DNA of 64,000 nt from an uncultured delta proteobacterium (lineage in GTDB: Bacteria > Desulfobacterota > Binatia > DP-6): contig CAWFFN010000012.1 in the NCBI GenBank assembly GCA_963815115.1, positions 32,001 through 96,000 of the forward strand, given 5' to 3'. Position 1 is the stretch's first letter. Each line of letters opens with the position of its first letter. Positions 10,813-20,234 of this stretch are shown in pieces. Below the pieces are notes generated by a model. It was not told the DNA's origin and did not search any database. It saw only the letters and a list, made by a program, of their open reading frames with translations. Made by a program: the position numbers and the translations under genes.

Positions 10813-11817
10813 CTGAGCCCGGCGCGTCGCATCGCGGTGGCCCTCGTCACCCTGGGCTTCGTCACGGTGATCGGAACGCTCGGCTACATGCTGCTCGAGA
10901 AGCTCTCCGTCGCGGACGCGCTCTATCTCACCGTCATCACCCTCACCACCGTCGGCTACGGCGATCTGGTCCCGCACACGGGAGCCGGCCGGATGTTCAC
11001 CGTCCTGCTGATCCTGTCCGGGGTGGGCAGTGCGCTCTACCTGTTCACCGTCGGGGCCCAGCTCGTGCTGGAAGGACAGCTGCGCGACGTCTTCGGGAGG
11101 AGCGCGATGCAACGACGGGCGGATCAACTCGAGCGGCACGTCATCGTCTGCGGCTACGGCCGCTTCGGACGCGCCGTCGCCGACGAGCTCGAGCGCAACG
11201 GTGTCGAGATCGTCGTCATCGACGCCGATCCGGCGCGCGAGGAGGAGCTGCAACGACGCGGCGCTCCCTACGTCATCGGATCCGCCGACGTCGACGACGT
11301 GCTCGAGCGCGCGGGGATCGGCCGCGCACGCGCCATCGTGGTTGCCACCCCCTCCGACCCGGACAACGTGTTCATCACGCTCTCCGCGCGGGAGAAGAAT
11401 CCCCACGTCCGCATCCACGCCCGCGGCGAGACGGAAGCCGGCCTGCGGCGCCTCCGGCTGGCGGGGGCCGATCAGGCGCTCTCGGCCTACCACAGCGGCG
11501 GGGTGCGCATGGCGGAGTCGATCCTGCGGCCGTCGGTGGTCGACTTCCTGGAGCTCTCCGCGCCGGGTCGCCGCACCGGGTTTGCGCTGGAGGAGATGCG
11601 GATCGCGCCGCGCTGCGGGCTGGAGGGGCGCACGATCCGGCAGATAGAGGAGGCCTGGAGCCGTCTGCGCGTCGTGGTGCTCGAGCGCAACGGCGAGGCG
11701 TCCCTGATCGTGCCCGATCCGACGACGGTCCTGGCGGCCGGCGATCTCCTGGTGGCGGTCGGCGAGCGCGACACGCTCGCGCGGCTGGCGCAGGCGGCGT
11801 CGAGCGAGACGGCGTGA
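10813..11817 (+). CDS. Potassium channel with RCK (TrkA-N/TrkA-C) domains; start uncertain
   Basis: Two TM helices around the TTVGYGD selectivity filter; HVIVCGYGRFG; C-terminal TrkA-C-like domain. Confidence 0.9.
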   Translation: MSPARRIAVALVTLGFVTVIGTLGYMLLEKLSVADALYLTVITLTTVGYGDLVPHTGAGRMFTVLLILSGVGSALYLFTVGAQLVLEGQLRDVFGRSAMQRRADQLERHVIVCGYGRFGRAVADELERNGVEIVVIDADPAREEELQRRGAPYVIGSADVDDVLERAGIGRARAIVVATPSDPDNVFITLSAREKNPHVRIHARGETEAGLRRLRLAGADQALSAYHSGGVRMAESILRPSVVDFLELSAPGRRTGFALEEMRIAPRCGLEGRTIRQIEEAWSRLRVVVLERNGEASLIVPDPTTVLAAGDLLVAVGERDTLARLAQAASSETA

Positions 11818-11894
11818 TGGTGCTCGGGCTCCTCCTTGCTCGGGTGACAAAACGTGCGAGATTCGATGAAATCGAGAGAAAGGGGCGATCGCGA

Positions 11895-11910
11895 TTCCGA
11901 TGGGTAGGAA
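11895..11910. promoter_or_regulatory. Putative bEBP UAS
   Basis: TTCCGA-TGGG-TAGGAA, centre ~74 bp upstream of +1. Confidence 0.6.
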
Positions 11911-11949
11911 GGAGCGTTCGAGCGGCCGTCGCGGCCGACCCGGAGCCGG

Positions 11950-11965
11950 TGGCGGGTCGGTTGCT
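11950..11965 (+). promoter_or_regulatory. sigma54 promoter
   Basis: TGGCGGG-TCGG-TTGCT. Confidence 0.62.
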
Positions 11966-12039
11966 ACGTGGTCGATCGCGCGAGCTGCGAACCGGATGAA
12001 CGACGCGCCGGCGTCGCCCTCCTCCACGTCGGAGAAGCC

Positions 12040-13248
12040 ATGAACGCCCAGGCCGATCCCATGCGGAGGTCGCCCACCGGCCTCGTGCTCTCCGGCGGCG
12101 GCGCGCGGGCGGCCTATCAGGCGGGCGTCCTGCGCGGCCTGATCGACCTCGGGGTCGCGTCCGGCGGTCCTACGAGCTTCGACATCGTGGTGGGGTCGAG
12201 CGCGGGCGCGATCAACGCCGGCGCGCTCGCCGCGTTCGCGGACCGCTTCGGTGAAGGCGTCGACGGCCTCGAGCGGGTGTGGGGAGCGATCCGTCCCGAG
12301 CAGGTCTTCCGCACCGACCTGCAGTCGCTGGGCAAGATTGGCTTCAAGTGGATCCGCGACCTGTCGTTCGGCGGCGTGCTCCGGCGTACCTCGCCCAAAT
12401 CGCTGCTCGACACCGGTCCGCTGCGCGCATTTCTCGCCGAGCACGTTCCCCTCGCTCGGATCGGTGCGCACGTCGAGAGCGGCGCACTCCGCGCGCTGGC
12501 GATCCTCGCGACCAACCTCTACACCGCCGACGGCGTCGTCTTCGTCCAGGCCGGCCCCGATGTTGCGCTCTGGCGGCGGAGGCGCTGGAGCATCGAGCGA
12601 GCGACCATCGGGGTCGATCATCTCGTGGCCTCGAGCGCGATCCCCATCTTCTTCCCCACCGCCGAGATCGAGGGCCGGCACTTCGGTGACGGGGCGGTCC
12701 GCAACACGGCGCCGCTCAGCCCCGCGATCAACCTGGGAGCGGATCGCATCGTGGCCATCGGCGTCAGCCATGGGCACGCTCCCGAGACGACCACCGGCGC
12801 CGGCCACGAGCGGCCCCCGACGGTGGCTCAGGTGGCCGCGGCGTTGCTCGACGCCGTCCTGCTCGACGCGATCGAGGTGGACGTCGAGCACAGTGGGCGG
12901 GTGAACCACGGCATCGTGGCGGTGCCCTGCGACGACACCCGGGCGCCGCTGCGATGGATCGACGTCCTCTGGATCGCCCCGTCCCGCTCGATCGGCGCGA
13001 TCGCCGCGGAGCACGCGCACCGCATCCCGGCCGTCGTCCGGTATCTGATGCGTGGCCTGGGAGACGACGAATCGACCGTCGAGCTCGCGAGCTACCTGCT
13101 CTTCGACGCCGACTTCTGCCGGTGCCTGATGGAGCTCGGCCGGGCCGACGTCGCCGCGCGCGCGGCCGAGATCGAGGCCTTCTTCGCGGGACGATCGATG
13201 CACCCGGTGACCGAGGCGACGGCGCGCGGCGTGCCCTTGGTGCTCTAG
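12040..13248 (+). CDS. Patatin-like phospholipase/lipase
   Basis: LSGGGARA oxyanion loop, GSSAG nucleophile motif, DGA; GGAGA SD before ATG 12040. Confidence 0.9.
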   Translation: MNAQADPMRRSPTGLVLSGGGARAAYQAGVLRGLIDLGVASGGPTSFDIVVGSSAGAINAGALAAFADRFGEGVDGLERVWGAIRPEQVFRTDLQSLGKIGFKWIRDLSFGGVLRRTSPKSLLDTGPLRAFLAEHVPLARIGAHVESGALRALAILATNLYTADGVVFVQAGPDVALWRRRRWSIERATIGVDHLVASSAIPIFFPTAEIEGRHFGDGAVRNTAPLSPAINLGADRIVAIGVSHGHAPETTTGAGHERPPTVAQVAAALLDAVLLDAIEVDVEHSGRVNHGIVAVPCDDTRAPLRWIDVLWIAPSRSIGAIAAEHAHRIPAVVRYLMRGLGDDESTVELASYLLFDADFCRCLMELGRADVAARAAEIEAFFAGRSMHPVTEATARGVPLVL

Positions 13249-13281
13249 CTCCGTGAGGGAGCGGCACCTTCACGCATCCGA

Positions 13282-14178
13282 TCACGTGTGCGTCGCGCGT
13301 CCAGGGCGGACGACTCCGGCACTGGCGCGCGGCACGATCCACACCGGGCACCCCGCGTCGTGGATGATCGCTCGAGTGGTGTCGGGGGTGAACAGACGTC
13401 GCCAAACGTCACGGGCGTGCTCTCCGAGGACGGCGAACTGCGGCTGCACCGCCCGCAGATGCGAGAGGATCTCGGTCGGGGGCTGGCCGTGGCGGACGCA
13501 AGTGCTGGCCCGGCCGCGGAGCTCCGCGGGCACGGCGGCGTCGAGCCGCTCGCGTGCGGCGCGTTCCGCGCCTTCGGTCCGGTGCGATTCGCCCGGCAGC
13601 ACGTGAAGCAGCTCGAGATGGATGGGAAGCTCGTGCGCGAGGGCGCATGCGTAGTCGATGGCATGCTGCGCGGTGGGCGAGAAATCAGTCGGGACCACCG
13701 CCCGTGGCGCCGCCGCGCCGGGCTCGGCGGCGAGGCGCAGCGGCTCCTGCCGTCCCTCGTGCAGGCACAGTACCGGGCAGGGCGTCTTCGTGATCACGCG
13801 CTCCGTCACCGATGCGTGCTCCGGCGTGCTCCACCCGTGCGAGCCGAGCACGATCAGATCCGCCGGCAGCCGTTCGGCGAGGGAAAGCACGACCTGCCCG
13901 ATCGGGCCGGCGCTGAGCACTCCCTCGACGACCACGGACGTCGGCACCGCGGCGAGGGCGTCGTGCATCTGCCGCTCCGCCTCCGCTTCCGGAAGGCATT
14001 CGCGGTAGTGCGTCGATTCCCAATCCCAGGAGCGCGAGAGGCCAGGAGCGATGGTCATCCGGTTGTAGTGCAGCACGAGGCGGGCCCTGAACGCGCGAGC
14101 CACCTCGACCGCGGAGTCGAGCGCACGAGCGGACAGGGCCGAGAAGTCGATCGGACAGAGGATGGTGCGGATGTTCAT
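13282..14178 (-). CDS. Universal stress protein (tandem Usp domains)
   Basis: MNIRTILCPIDFS...LIVLGSHG...TPCPVL; second domain VVPTDFS...AGCPVWIV; ATGA overlap with upstream gene. Confidence 0.9.
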   Translation of the reverse strand: MNIRTILCPIDFSALSARALDSAVEVARAFRARLVLHYNRMTIAPGLSRSWDWESTHYRECLPEAEAERQMHDALAAVPTSVVVEGVLSAGPIGQVVLSLAERLPADLIVLGSHGWSTPEHASVTERVITKTPCPVLCLHEGRQEPLRLAAEPGAAAPRAVVPTDFSPTAQHAIDYACALAHELPIHLELLHVLPGESHRTEGAERAARERLDAAVPAELRGRASTCVRHGQPPTEILSHLRAVQPQFAVLGEHARDVWRRLFTPDTTRAIIHDAGCPVWIVPRASAGVVRPGRATHT

Positions 14179-14876
14179 GACGCCTCCCCGGCGTGCCCCC
14201 TGCCACGACCCACGGTCCGGGCCGGGTGGGACGGCATCCTCGCGCGCGCACGCGCGAGCAGCGCGATCACCTCGCCGTCGGAGGCCGGCGGGAAGTCGCG
14301 GTACAAGGCCCCGACCGCGTCGAATTGGCGCGGCGCGCGGAGGCATACTATCTCGTCGACGCACGGTCTGAGTCGCGCGAGGGCATCGAAGGCCGCAATG
14401 GGCGTCGCCACCACGAGGCGGCGCGGGCGGGCCCGCCCCACGACGTGCGCCGCGGCACACATGGTGTTGCCGGTCGCGATGCCGTCGTCGACCAGGATGA
14501 CGGTCCGATCCGCGAGCGGGGCGGGGCGTTGTCCCTCGCGCAGCAGGGCCTCGCGCAGGCGTGCCGCCGCGAGCTGCCGGGCGACTTCGCCGCACAGGTA
14601 GTCGGGCAGCACCCCGAGGATCGCGATGGCGCTGTCGTCCAGGGCAACCTCCGGCACGGCGCCGACGACCACGGCGCCGATTCCGAGCTCGGCGTCCGCC
14701 GGGGCGCGGAGCTTCCGCACCACCAGGGCCTCGAGCGGTGCACCCAGGCCTGCGGCGACCTCGTCCGCCACCACCACCCCTCCTCGTGGCACCCCGACGA
14801 CGACGCAATCGGTCCCCCGGTAGTGGCCGAGCTTGGCCGCCAGCTGGCGTCCGGCGTCCCGTCTGTCTGCAAACAT
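14175..14876 (-). CDS. Phosphoribosyltransferase-family protein (Rv0571c/Rv2030c N-domain-like)
   Basis: FADRRDAGRQLA, GVPRGG, VRKL, VILVDDGIATG PRPP motif, AVGALYRDF. Confidence 0.88.
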   Translation of the reverse strand: MFADRRDAGRQLAAKLGHYRGTDCVVVGVPRGGVVVADEVAAGLGAPLEALVVRKLRAPADAELGIGAVVVGAVPEVALDDSAIAILGVLPDYLCGEVARQLAAARLREALLREGQRPAPLADRTVILVDDGIATGNTMCAAAHVVGRARPRRLVVATPIAAFDALARLRPCVDEIVCLRAPRQFDAVGALYRDFPPASDGEVIALLARARARMPSHPARTVGRGRGHAGEAS

Positions 14877-14888
14877 GCCGAAATCCGC

Positions 14889-14904
14889 TGCATCCGACGT
14901 GCCA
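14889..14904 (-). promoter_or_regulatory. sigma54 promoter
   Basis: TGGCACG-TCGG-ATGCA; predicted +1 ~14878, ATG 14876. Confidence 0.7.
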
Positions 14905-14923
14905 GCATGATCGCCACGCATTC

Positions 14924-14939
14924 GTCGCAGCGATGAGAA
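14924..14939. promoter_or_regulatory. Putative bEBP UAS
   Basis: GTCGCA-GCGA-TGAGAA, centre ~54 bp from +1. Confidence 0.55.
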
Positions 14940-15065
14940 TGTGCTGCTCTCCGTTCGCATCACTCGTTGGCTCGGCGGGCGGACGCGCCCACCGGACTCG
15001 GGCGCGCCGGATCGCCGTACCGCGGGCCGAGCCCGACTCAGAAATCGGATCGAAGCGAGCAGGCG

Positions 15066-15081
15066 GTCGCAGATGTGGGAA
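15066..15081. promoter_or_regulatory. Putative bEBP UAS
   Basis: GTCGCA-GATG-TGGGAA, centre ~75 bp upstream of +1. Confidence 0.62.
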
Positions 15082-15121
15082 CGCTTTCCTGCGTTCGTCT
15101 GGCAGGAGCGTCGCCGCGCCC

Positions 15122-15137
15122 TGGCAAGATCCTTGCT
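15122..15137 (+). promoter_or_regulatory. sigma54 promoter
   Basis: TGGCAAG-ATCC-TTGCT. Confidence 0.72.
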
Positions 15138-15225
15138 ACCGATGATGACGGGACGTGCGCTCGCCGGGAGGGGCGGGGTGCCTCTGCAGCGACCGATCGG
15201 GCGCAAGAAGCCTCGCGGAGGGTTC

Positions 15226-16914
15226 ATGCTCACTGCTTCCGGGGATGCGACGAGAGTGCGGCGGCCGCCCCTCGCGCTGGGCCGCGACGAGACCGTGGCC
15301 GCCGACCAGGCAGCGCTCGTGCGCGCGCTCACGGATCCATCATTCTACCCGCATGGCCCCTCGCGGGTTGAGCACGTGCAGACGCACATCTCCCACGTCT
15401 TCCTGGCCGGGCCGTACGCCTACAAGCTCAAGAAAGCGGTGCGGTTCCCGTTCCTCGACGCCAGCACGGCGGCGCGGCGGTGCACCCTGTGCGAGGACGA
15501 GCTCCGGCTCAACGGCCGCCTCGCGGCTCCCATCTACCTCGGCGTGCTGCCGATCACGCGCGAGCCGGACGGTCGCCTGGCGCTCGACGGAAGCGGCCCG
15601 GTGGTCGATCGGGTCGTCTGGATGCGGCGCCTCCCCGACGGGCGCATGCTCGATCGCCTGGTCGCGGGCACGGCGGTCGACGCCGACATGATGGGAAGGC
15701 TCGCACGCATGCTGGCCGACTTCCACGCCGGCGCACCGGCTGGCCCGGAGGTCGCGGCCCATGGTGCGCCCGAGGCCCTCCTCGCCGCCTGGCGTCAGGT
15801 ACTCGGGCTCGCGGCTCCGCTCGTCGGCGGTCCGCTACCTCCGGCGGCGCACACCATTCTCGCGGCCTTCGGTCCCGCCTTCGTCACGCGTCACGATGCC
15901 CTGCTGCGAGGTCGCCAGGCCGCCCGCCACATCCGCGAGGGACACGGCGATCTGCGTGCGGAACACGTCTGTGCCATCGACACGCCCGTGCCTGCTGCCC
16001 CGCCGCACGCCCCGCTCATGCCGGGCATCTACGTCATCGATTGCGTCGAATTCTCGCAGCCGCTGCGCTGCAATGACGTGGCCTCGGAGGTCGCGTTCCT
16101 CGCCATGGATCTCGGCCGGCTCGGCCGGCCCGACCTGGCGGAGGCGTTCGTCGACGCCTACGTCGTCGCGAGCGGCGACCGGCAGCTGCGCGCGTTGCTC
16201 CCCTACTATTGTGCCTACCGGGCGTGCGTCCGCGGGGCGATCGAGGGACTCAAGTCCGTCGAACCGGAAGTCGAGCCGGCCGAGCGCGCGGCCGCGACGG
16301 CGCGCGCCAGGGTGTACTTCGGGCGGGCGCTTCGCCACGCCTGGGAAGCGCAGCTGCCGGCGGTGCTCGTCTGCTGCGGACTCAGCGGCAGTGGCAAGAC
16401 GGCGCTCGCCGCCGCGTTGTCGGAAGCGACGGGCTTCGTCCATCTCAGCACCGACGGGCTGCGGAAGCAGCAGGCATCCGGTGCGACCGCTGCGCCCTAC
16501 GGCGCCGGCCGCTACACCCGGGCGGCACGAGCGGCAGTCTACGCCCGCCTGTGCGCCCAGGCGGACGCCGCGCTCGCGTCGGGAAGCGGCGTCGTGGCGG
16601 ATGCGACGTTCATCCGTCGGCAGGACCGTCAGGCCCTCGCGGCCGTTGCCGCCCGGCACCGCCGTCCGGTGCTCTTCCTCGAGTGCGAGGCCGATCCGCA
16701 CACGATCCGCCGGCGGCTGGAGGCCCGGCGCGGCGGCCTCTCGGACGCGCGCTGGGCAACACACCTCCGCCAGCGCGAGGAGCGCGAGCCATTCGGCCCG
16801 CAGGAGACGCACCGCACCCTCGACACCGGACGCGACCTGCACGACGTGCTCGAGGAGCACCTACCGGCCATCTGGCGGTGGAGTGCGGCGCACGCGGCGA
16901 GCGCCAGGCCGTGA
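15226..16914 (+). CDS. Bifunctional aminoglycoside-phosphotransferase-like/AAA protein (Rv2004c-like)
   Basis: QTHISHVFL, AYKLKK, EGHGDLR, IDCVEF; C-terminal Walker A GLSGSGKT, DATF; GGAGG SD. Confidence 0.88.
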   Translation: MLTASGDATRVRRPPLALGRDETVAADQAALVRALTDPSFYPHGPSRVEHVQTHISHVFLAGPYAYKLKKAVRFPFLDASTAARRCTLCEDELRLNGRLAAPIYLGVLPITREPDGRLALDGSGPVVDRVVWMRRLPDGRMLDRLVAGTAVDADMMGRLARMLADFHAGAPAGPEVAAHGAPEALLAAWRQVLGLAAPLVGGPLPPAAHTILAAFGPAFVTRHDALLRGRQAARHIREGHGDLRAEHVCAIDTPVPAAPPHAPLMPGIYVIDCVEFSQPLRCNDVASEVAFLAMDLGRLGRPDLAEAFVDAYVVASGDRQLRALLPYYCAYRACVRGAIEGLKSVEPEVEPAERAAATARARVYFGRALRHAWEAQLPAVLVCCGLSGSGKTALAAALSEATGFVHLSTDGLRKQQASGATAAPYGAGRYTRAARAAVYARLCAQADAALASGSGVVADATFIRRQDRQALAAVAARHRRPVLFLECEADPHTIRRRLEARRGGLSDARWATHLRQREEREPFGPQETHRTLDTGRDLHDVLEEHLPAIWRWSAAHAASARP

Positions 16915-17358
16915 ACAGAGACCGAGGCCCCGGACCCACCGCCGCGCCCTGTGCACGACCCCGGCAATCGCTCGCGCCGCCTCCCGGGAGGGTGCGCTCG
17001 AGGGCGCACCGATCTCGATGCCGAGCAGCCGGCCGTGCGCCGGCAGCCGACCGAGCGCGTCCGCGAGCTGCAGGGCCTCCGCGACTCCCAGGTCGTGCGA
17101 CGAGACCGGCCGAAGGAAGGAGCCCGGCAGCTTCCGGAGGTCGAGATCGTGAATGGTTCCGGGCGGAGCGCCCGAGCGCACGGCGTCGATGACGAGGGCC
17201 GCCTCGACGCCGTCCAGGAGCTCGATCAGGCCGGCGCCGGGACGATCGGCGACCACCACCTCCACGCCGGGCGGGGGGTCCTCGGCGAGTTGGCGCGCCG
17301 CCGCGAGACCGCAGGCGTCGTCCCCGAACGGGCTGCCGGTGCCGATGATGCGGATCAT
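16861..17358 (-). CDS. Hydrogenase maturation protease
   Basis: IIGTGSPFGDDACG, LVIDAV, SSHDLG; last gene of the hydrogenase operon. Confidence 0.85.
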   Translation of the reverse strand: MIRIIGTGSPFGDDACGLAAARQLAEDPPPGVEVVVADRPGAGLIELLDGVEAALVIDAVRSGAPPGTIHDLDLRKLPGSFLRPVSSHDLGVAEALQLADALGRLPAHGRLLGIEIGAPSSAPSREAARAIAGVVHRARRWVRGLGLCSRPGARRVRRTPPPDGR

Positions 17359-18659
17359 CGCCGCTCGATCGTGAGATCGAGAAAGTGCGTCGCGCACGAG
17401 ATGCAGGGGTCGTAGCTGCGGATGACCATCTCGCACCGGCGGGTCGCCTCCGCACGGGAGAGCGGCAGGATGGCGGGGACGAGGGCGCGCAGGTCGGCTT
17501 CGATCTGCGCCTGGTTCTGGGCCGTGGGTGGCACGATGTGCGCGCTGCGGATCATCCCGCGCTCGTCCGTCTCGTAGGCGTGGTAGAGGCTGCCGCGGGG
17601 GGCCTCGGTGACGGCGCGGCCGACGCCGGCACGGGGCGTCCAGCTCGCCGCCGGAGCGACGGGTGGCTCATAGGTGTCGATGATCCGGATGGCCTCCTCC
17701 ACGCCGTAGAAGATCTCCAGCGCGCGCGCCACGATGCTGACGGAGGGATTGCTGCTCGGCCAGGCGACGTGTGTCTCGCGTGCGACCTCCGTCACGGCGG
17801 GGCCGAGCTCTTCGAAGTTGAGGTTCACGCGAGCGAGCGGACCGAGGAGGTAGGGGCCACGGCCCTTCACCGTCGCATGCAGCGCGTTGGAGTACGGAAC
17901 CTGGTGCTCCGCGAAGACGTCCCCGAACTCGTCCTGGGCGCAGTCGATGCCCTTGTTCGACACCATCCGGCCCTCGTTCATGGGGTATTCCCCGGGCTGG
18001 CGAAGCGACACGAATTCGATGTCCAGGTCGCGATCGGGGAGATCGAAGCCGGAGACCCAGCGGACGGCGGCCCGGGCGTCCTCGCGGGCGCGCTCGAGAT
18101 CGGCACGCGTTCCGGCGAGCTCCGCGGGCCGCGGCGCGCGCGTGAACCCGCCGATGCAGGCGCTGACCGGGTGCACCGAGCGTCCTCCCAGGAGCGCGAT
18201 GATCGCATTGCCCGCCTTGCGCAGGCGGAGTCCGCGCTCGACGGCTGCGCGATCCTTCTGGGCCAGCGTGATGGCGCTCTCGCAGCCGAGGAAATCGGGC
18301 GCCGCCAGCATGAACACGTGGAGCGCGTGGCTCTCGATCCACTCGCCGCAGTAGTAGAGGCGGCGTAGAGCGCGCACCGCCGGGTCGATCGCGACGCCGA
18401 ACAGCCGCTCCAGGGCATGCACCGCGCTCATCTGGTACGCCACCGGACAGATGCCGCAGATGCGAGCCGTGAGGTCGGGGGCCTCGGCGGCGTGTCGGCC
18501 GCGCAGCAGGGCATCGAAGAAACGCGGCGGCTCGAAGAGCGCGAGGCGCAGGTCGACGACCCGGTCGCCCTCGACGGCGAGGTGCAGCGAGCCGCCACCC
18601 TCGACCCGGGAGAGCGTGTCGACGCGGACGATCCTACGCTTTGCCCTTGTCGATGGCAT
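17355..18659 (-). CDS. Group 3b [NiFe]-hydrogenase large (alpha) subunit
   Basis: RVEG, L1 RICGIC, EAPRG, L2 DPCISCATH plus short cleavable tail. Confidence 0.93.
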   Translation of the reverse strand: MPSTRAKRRIVRVDTLSRVEGGGSLHLAVEGDRVVDLRLALFEPPRFFDALLRGRHAAEAPDLTARICGICPVAYQMSAVHALERLFGVAIDPAVRALRRLYYCGEWIESHALHVFMLAAPDFLGCESAITLAQKDRAAVERGLRLRKAGNAIIALLGGRSVHPVSACIGGFTRAPRPAELAGTRADLERAREDARAAVRWVSGFDLPDRDLDIEFVSLRQPGEYPMNEGRMVSNKGIDCAQDEFGDVFAEHQVPYSNALHATVKGRGPYLLGPLARVNLNFEELGPAVTEVARETHVAWPSSNPSVSIVARALEIFYGVEEAIRIIDTYEPPVAPAASWTPRAGVGRAVTEAPRGSLYHAYETDERGMIRSAHIVPPTAQNQAQIEADLRALVPAILPLSRAEATRRCEMVIRSYDPCISCATHFLDLTIERR

Positions 18660-19410
18660 CGCCGCTCTCGCGCCACGGCTGCACGTACCCGTTGATGGCG
18701 CGCAGGCGCTGGACCGCGTCCGTCCGATCCAGCCCCTGGGCGTGCAGCAGGCCCGTGAAGGCCGGCATGTTGGGATCGTCGGCCGGGCCGAAGCAGCCGT
18801 AGCACCCGCGGCCCAGACGAGGACACAGCGCGCCGCAGCCGGTCCGTGTCACCGGGCCGAGGCAGGGTTCGCCGCGCGCCACGACGACACACACGTTTCC
18901 GGCTCGCTTGCACTCCATGCACACGCTGAAGGCGGGCAAGAACGGGCGCGCTCCCGACAGCAGGGACCGGACCACGGCGAGGAGTTGCTGGGTGTCGATC
19001 GGGCAGCCCCAGATCTCGAAGTCCACGCGGACGTGTTCCGAGATGGGGGTGGACGTGGAAAGCGTCTCGACGAACTCGGGGCTGGGATACATGGCGCGCT
19101 TGTACTCCTCGACGTCGGACCAGTTTCGCAATGCCTGGATGCCGCCGGCGGTGGCGCACGCGCCGATGGTGACGAGATATCGGCTCTCCGCCCGCACCTC
19201 GAGTATGCGGCGCGCGTCGTGCGCGGTGGTGATGCTGCCCTCGACGAAGGCGATGTCGTAGGGGCCGTGCAGCGCACGGCTGCGCACCTCCGGGAAATAC
19301 GCGACGTCCACCTGGCGCGCGAGGGTGAGCAGTGCTGCCTCCGCGTTGACGAACTGCAGCTGGCAGCCGTCGCAGGACGCGAACTTGAAGACGGCCAGGC
19401 GCGGCTTCAT
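18634..19410 (-). CDS. Group 3b hydrogenase small (delta) subunit
   Basis: KFASCDGCQ, VEGS, GACATAGG, GCP, CMEC..C, CLGPVTRTGCGALCP, CYGCFGP. Confidence 0.92.
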   Translation of the reverse strand: MKPRLAVFKFASCDGCQLQFVNAEAALLTLARQVDVAYFPEVRSRALHGPYDIAFVEGSITTAHDARRILEVRAESRYLVTIGACATAGGIQALRNWSDVEEYKRAMYPSPEFVETLSTSTPISEHVRVDFEIWGCPIDTQQLLAVVRSLLSGARPFLPAFSVCMECKRAGNVCVVVARGEPCLGPVTRTGCGALCPRLGRGCYGCFGPADDPNMPAFTGLLHAQGLDRTDAVQRLRAINGYVQPWRESGDAIDKGKA

Positions 19411-20234
19411 AGATTGCCGATCCCGAACAGTCGCTTCACCGCCGTGTACTGGAACACCGGCCCGTCCTTGCAGACGAAGTGCGGGCCGAACTGACAGTGC
19501 CCGCAGAGCCCGATCGCGCACTGCATGTGACGCTCCATGGACAGGTACACGTTCTCCTCGCTGATCCCCTTGGCGCACAACGCGCGCACGGCGTAGCGCA
19601 TCATCACCTCCGGGCCGCACATCATGACGACCGCGGATGGCTGGGCCGTGACCTCGTCGAAGAGGTTGGTCACCACGCCGACGCGGTAGCGCCAGTTCGC
19701 GTCGGGCCGGTCGGCGGTCAGGTAGACCTTCGTGCGCGGGTGCCGGCGCCAGGCCTCGAAGCGCTCGCGGTAGAGGAGATCGCGGGGCGTCTTCACCCCG
19801 TGCAGGATGTGGAGCGTCCCGTAGTCGTCGCGGCGGCGGAAGATGTACTCGATGACGCCGACCGCGGGGGCGCAGCCGAGGCCGCCCGTGACGATGACCA
19901 CGTCCCGCCCGCGGGCGGCCTCCATCGGCCAGCCCCGGCCGTACGGGCCGCGCACCCCGGCCACGTCGCCGACCTTCCAGCGTCCCATCACGCTCGTCAC
20001 CCGGCCGACGGCGCTGATCGTGTGCTCGAGCACCGTCGGCTCGTCGGGGTCCGAGACGATCGAGATCGGCACCTCGCCCACGCCGTAGGCGTACAGCATG
20101 TTGAACTGGCCGGCGGCGAAGCGATAGGCGCGCCTCACCGCGGGATCGACGAAGCGCATGGTGAAGGTGTGGATGTGCTCCGCCTCGACACGATGCGCGA
20201 CGATGCGCGCCGGATGAAAGGCATACGGGGTCAT
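19407..20234 (-). CDS. Group 3b hydrogenase gamma subunit (FAD/NAD(P), 2Fe-2S)
   Basis: GQFNML, RGPYG, GGLGCAP, MCGPEVMM, MQCAIGLCGHC...CKDGPVF. Confidence 0.92.
   Translation of the reverse strand: MTPYAFHPARIVAHRVEAEHIHTFTMRFVDPAVRRAYRFAAGQFNMLYAYGVGEVPISIVSDPDEPTVLEHTISAVGRVTSVMGRWKVGDVAGVRGPYGRGWPMEAARGRDVVIVTGGLGCAPAVGVIEYIFRRRDDYGTLHILHGVKTPRDLLYRERFEAWRRHPRTKVYLTADRPDANWRYRVGVVTNLFDEVTAQPSAVVMMCGPEVMMRYAVRALCAKGISEENVYLSMERHMQCAIGLCGHCQFGPHFVCKDGPVFQYTAVKRLFGIGNL

Noticed and set aside
15226-16914. Aminoglycoside resistance gene
   Set aside because: The APH-fold/AAA fusion matches the Rv2004c-like stress family; nothing supports a resistance role.
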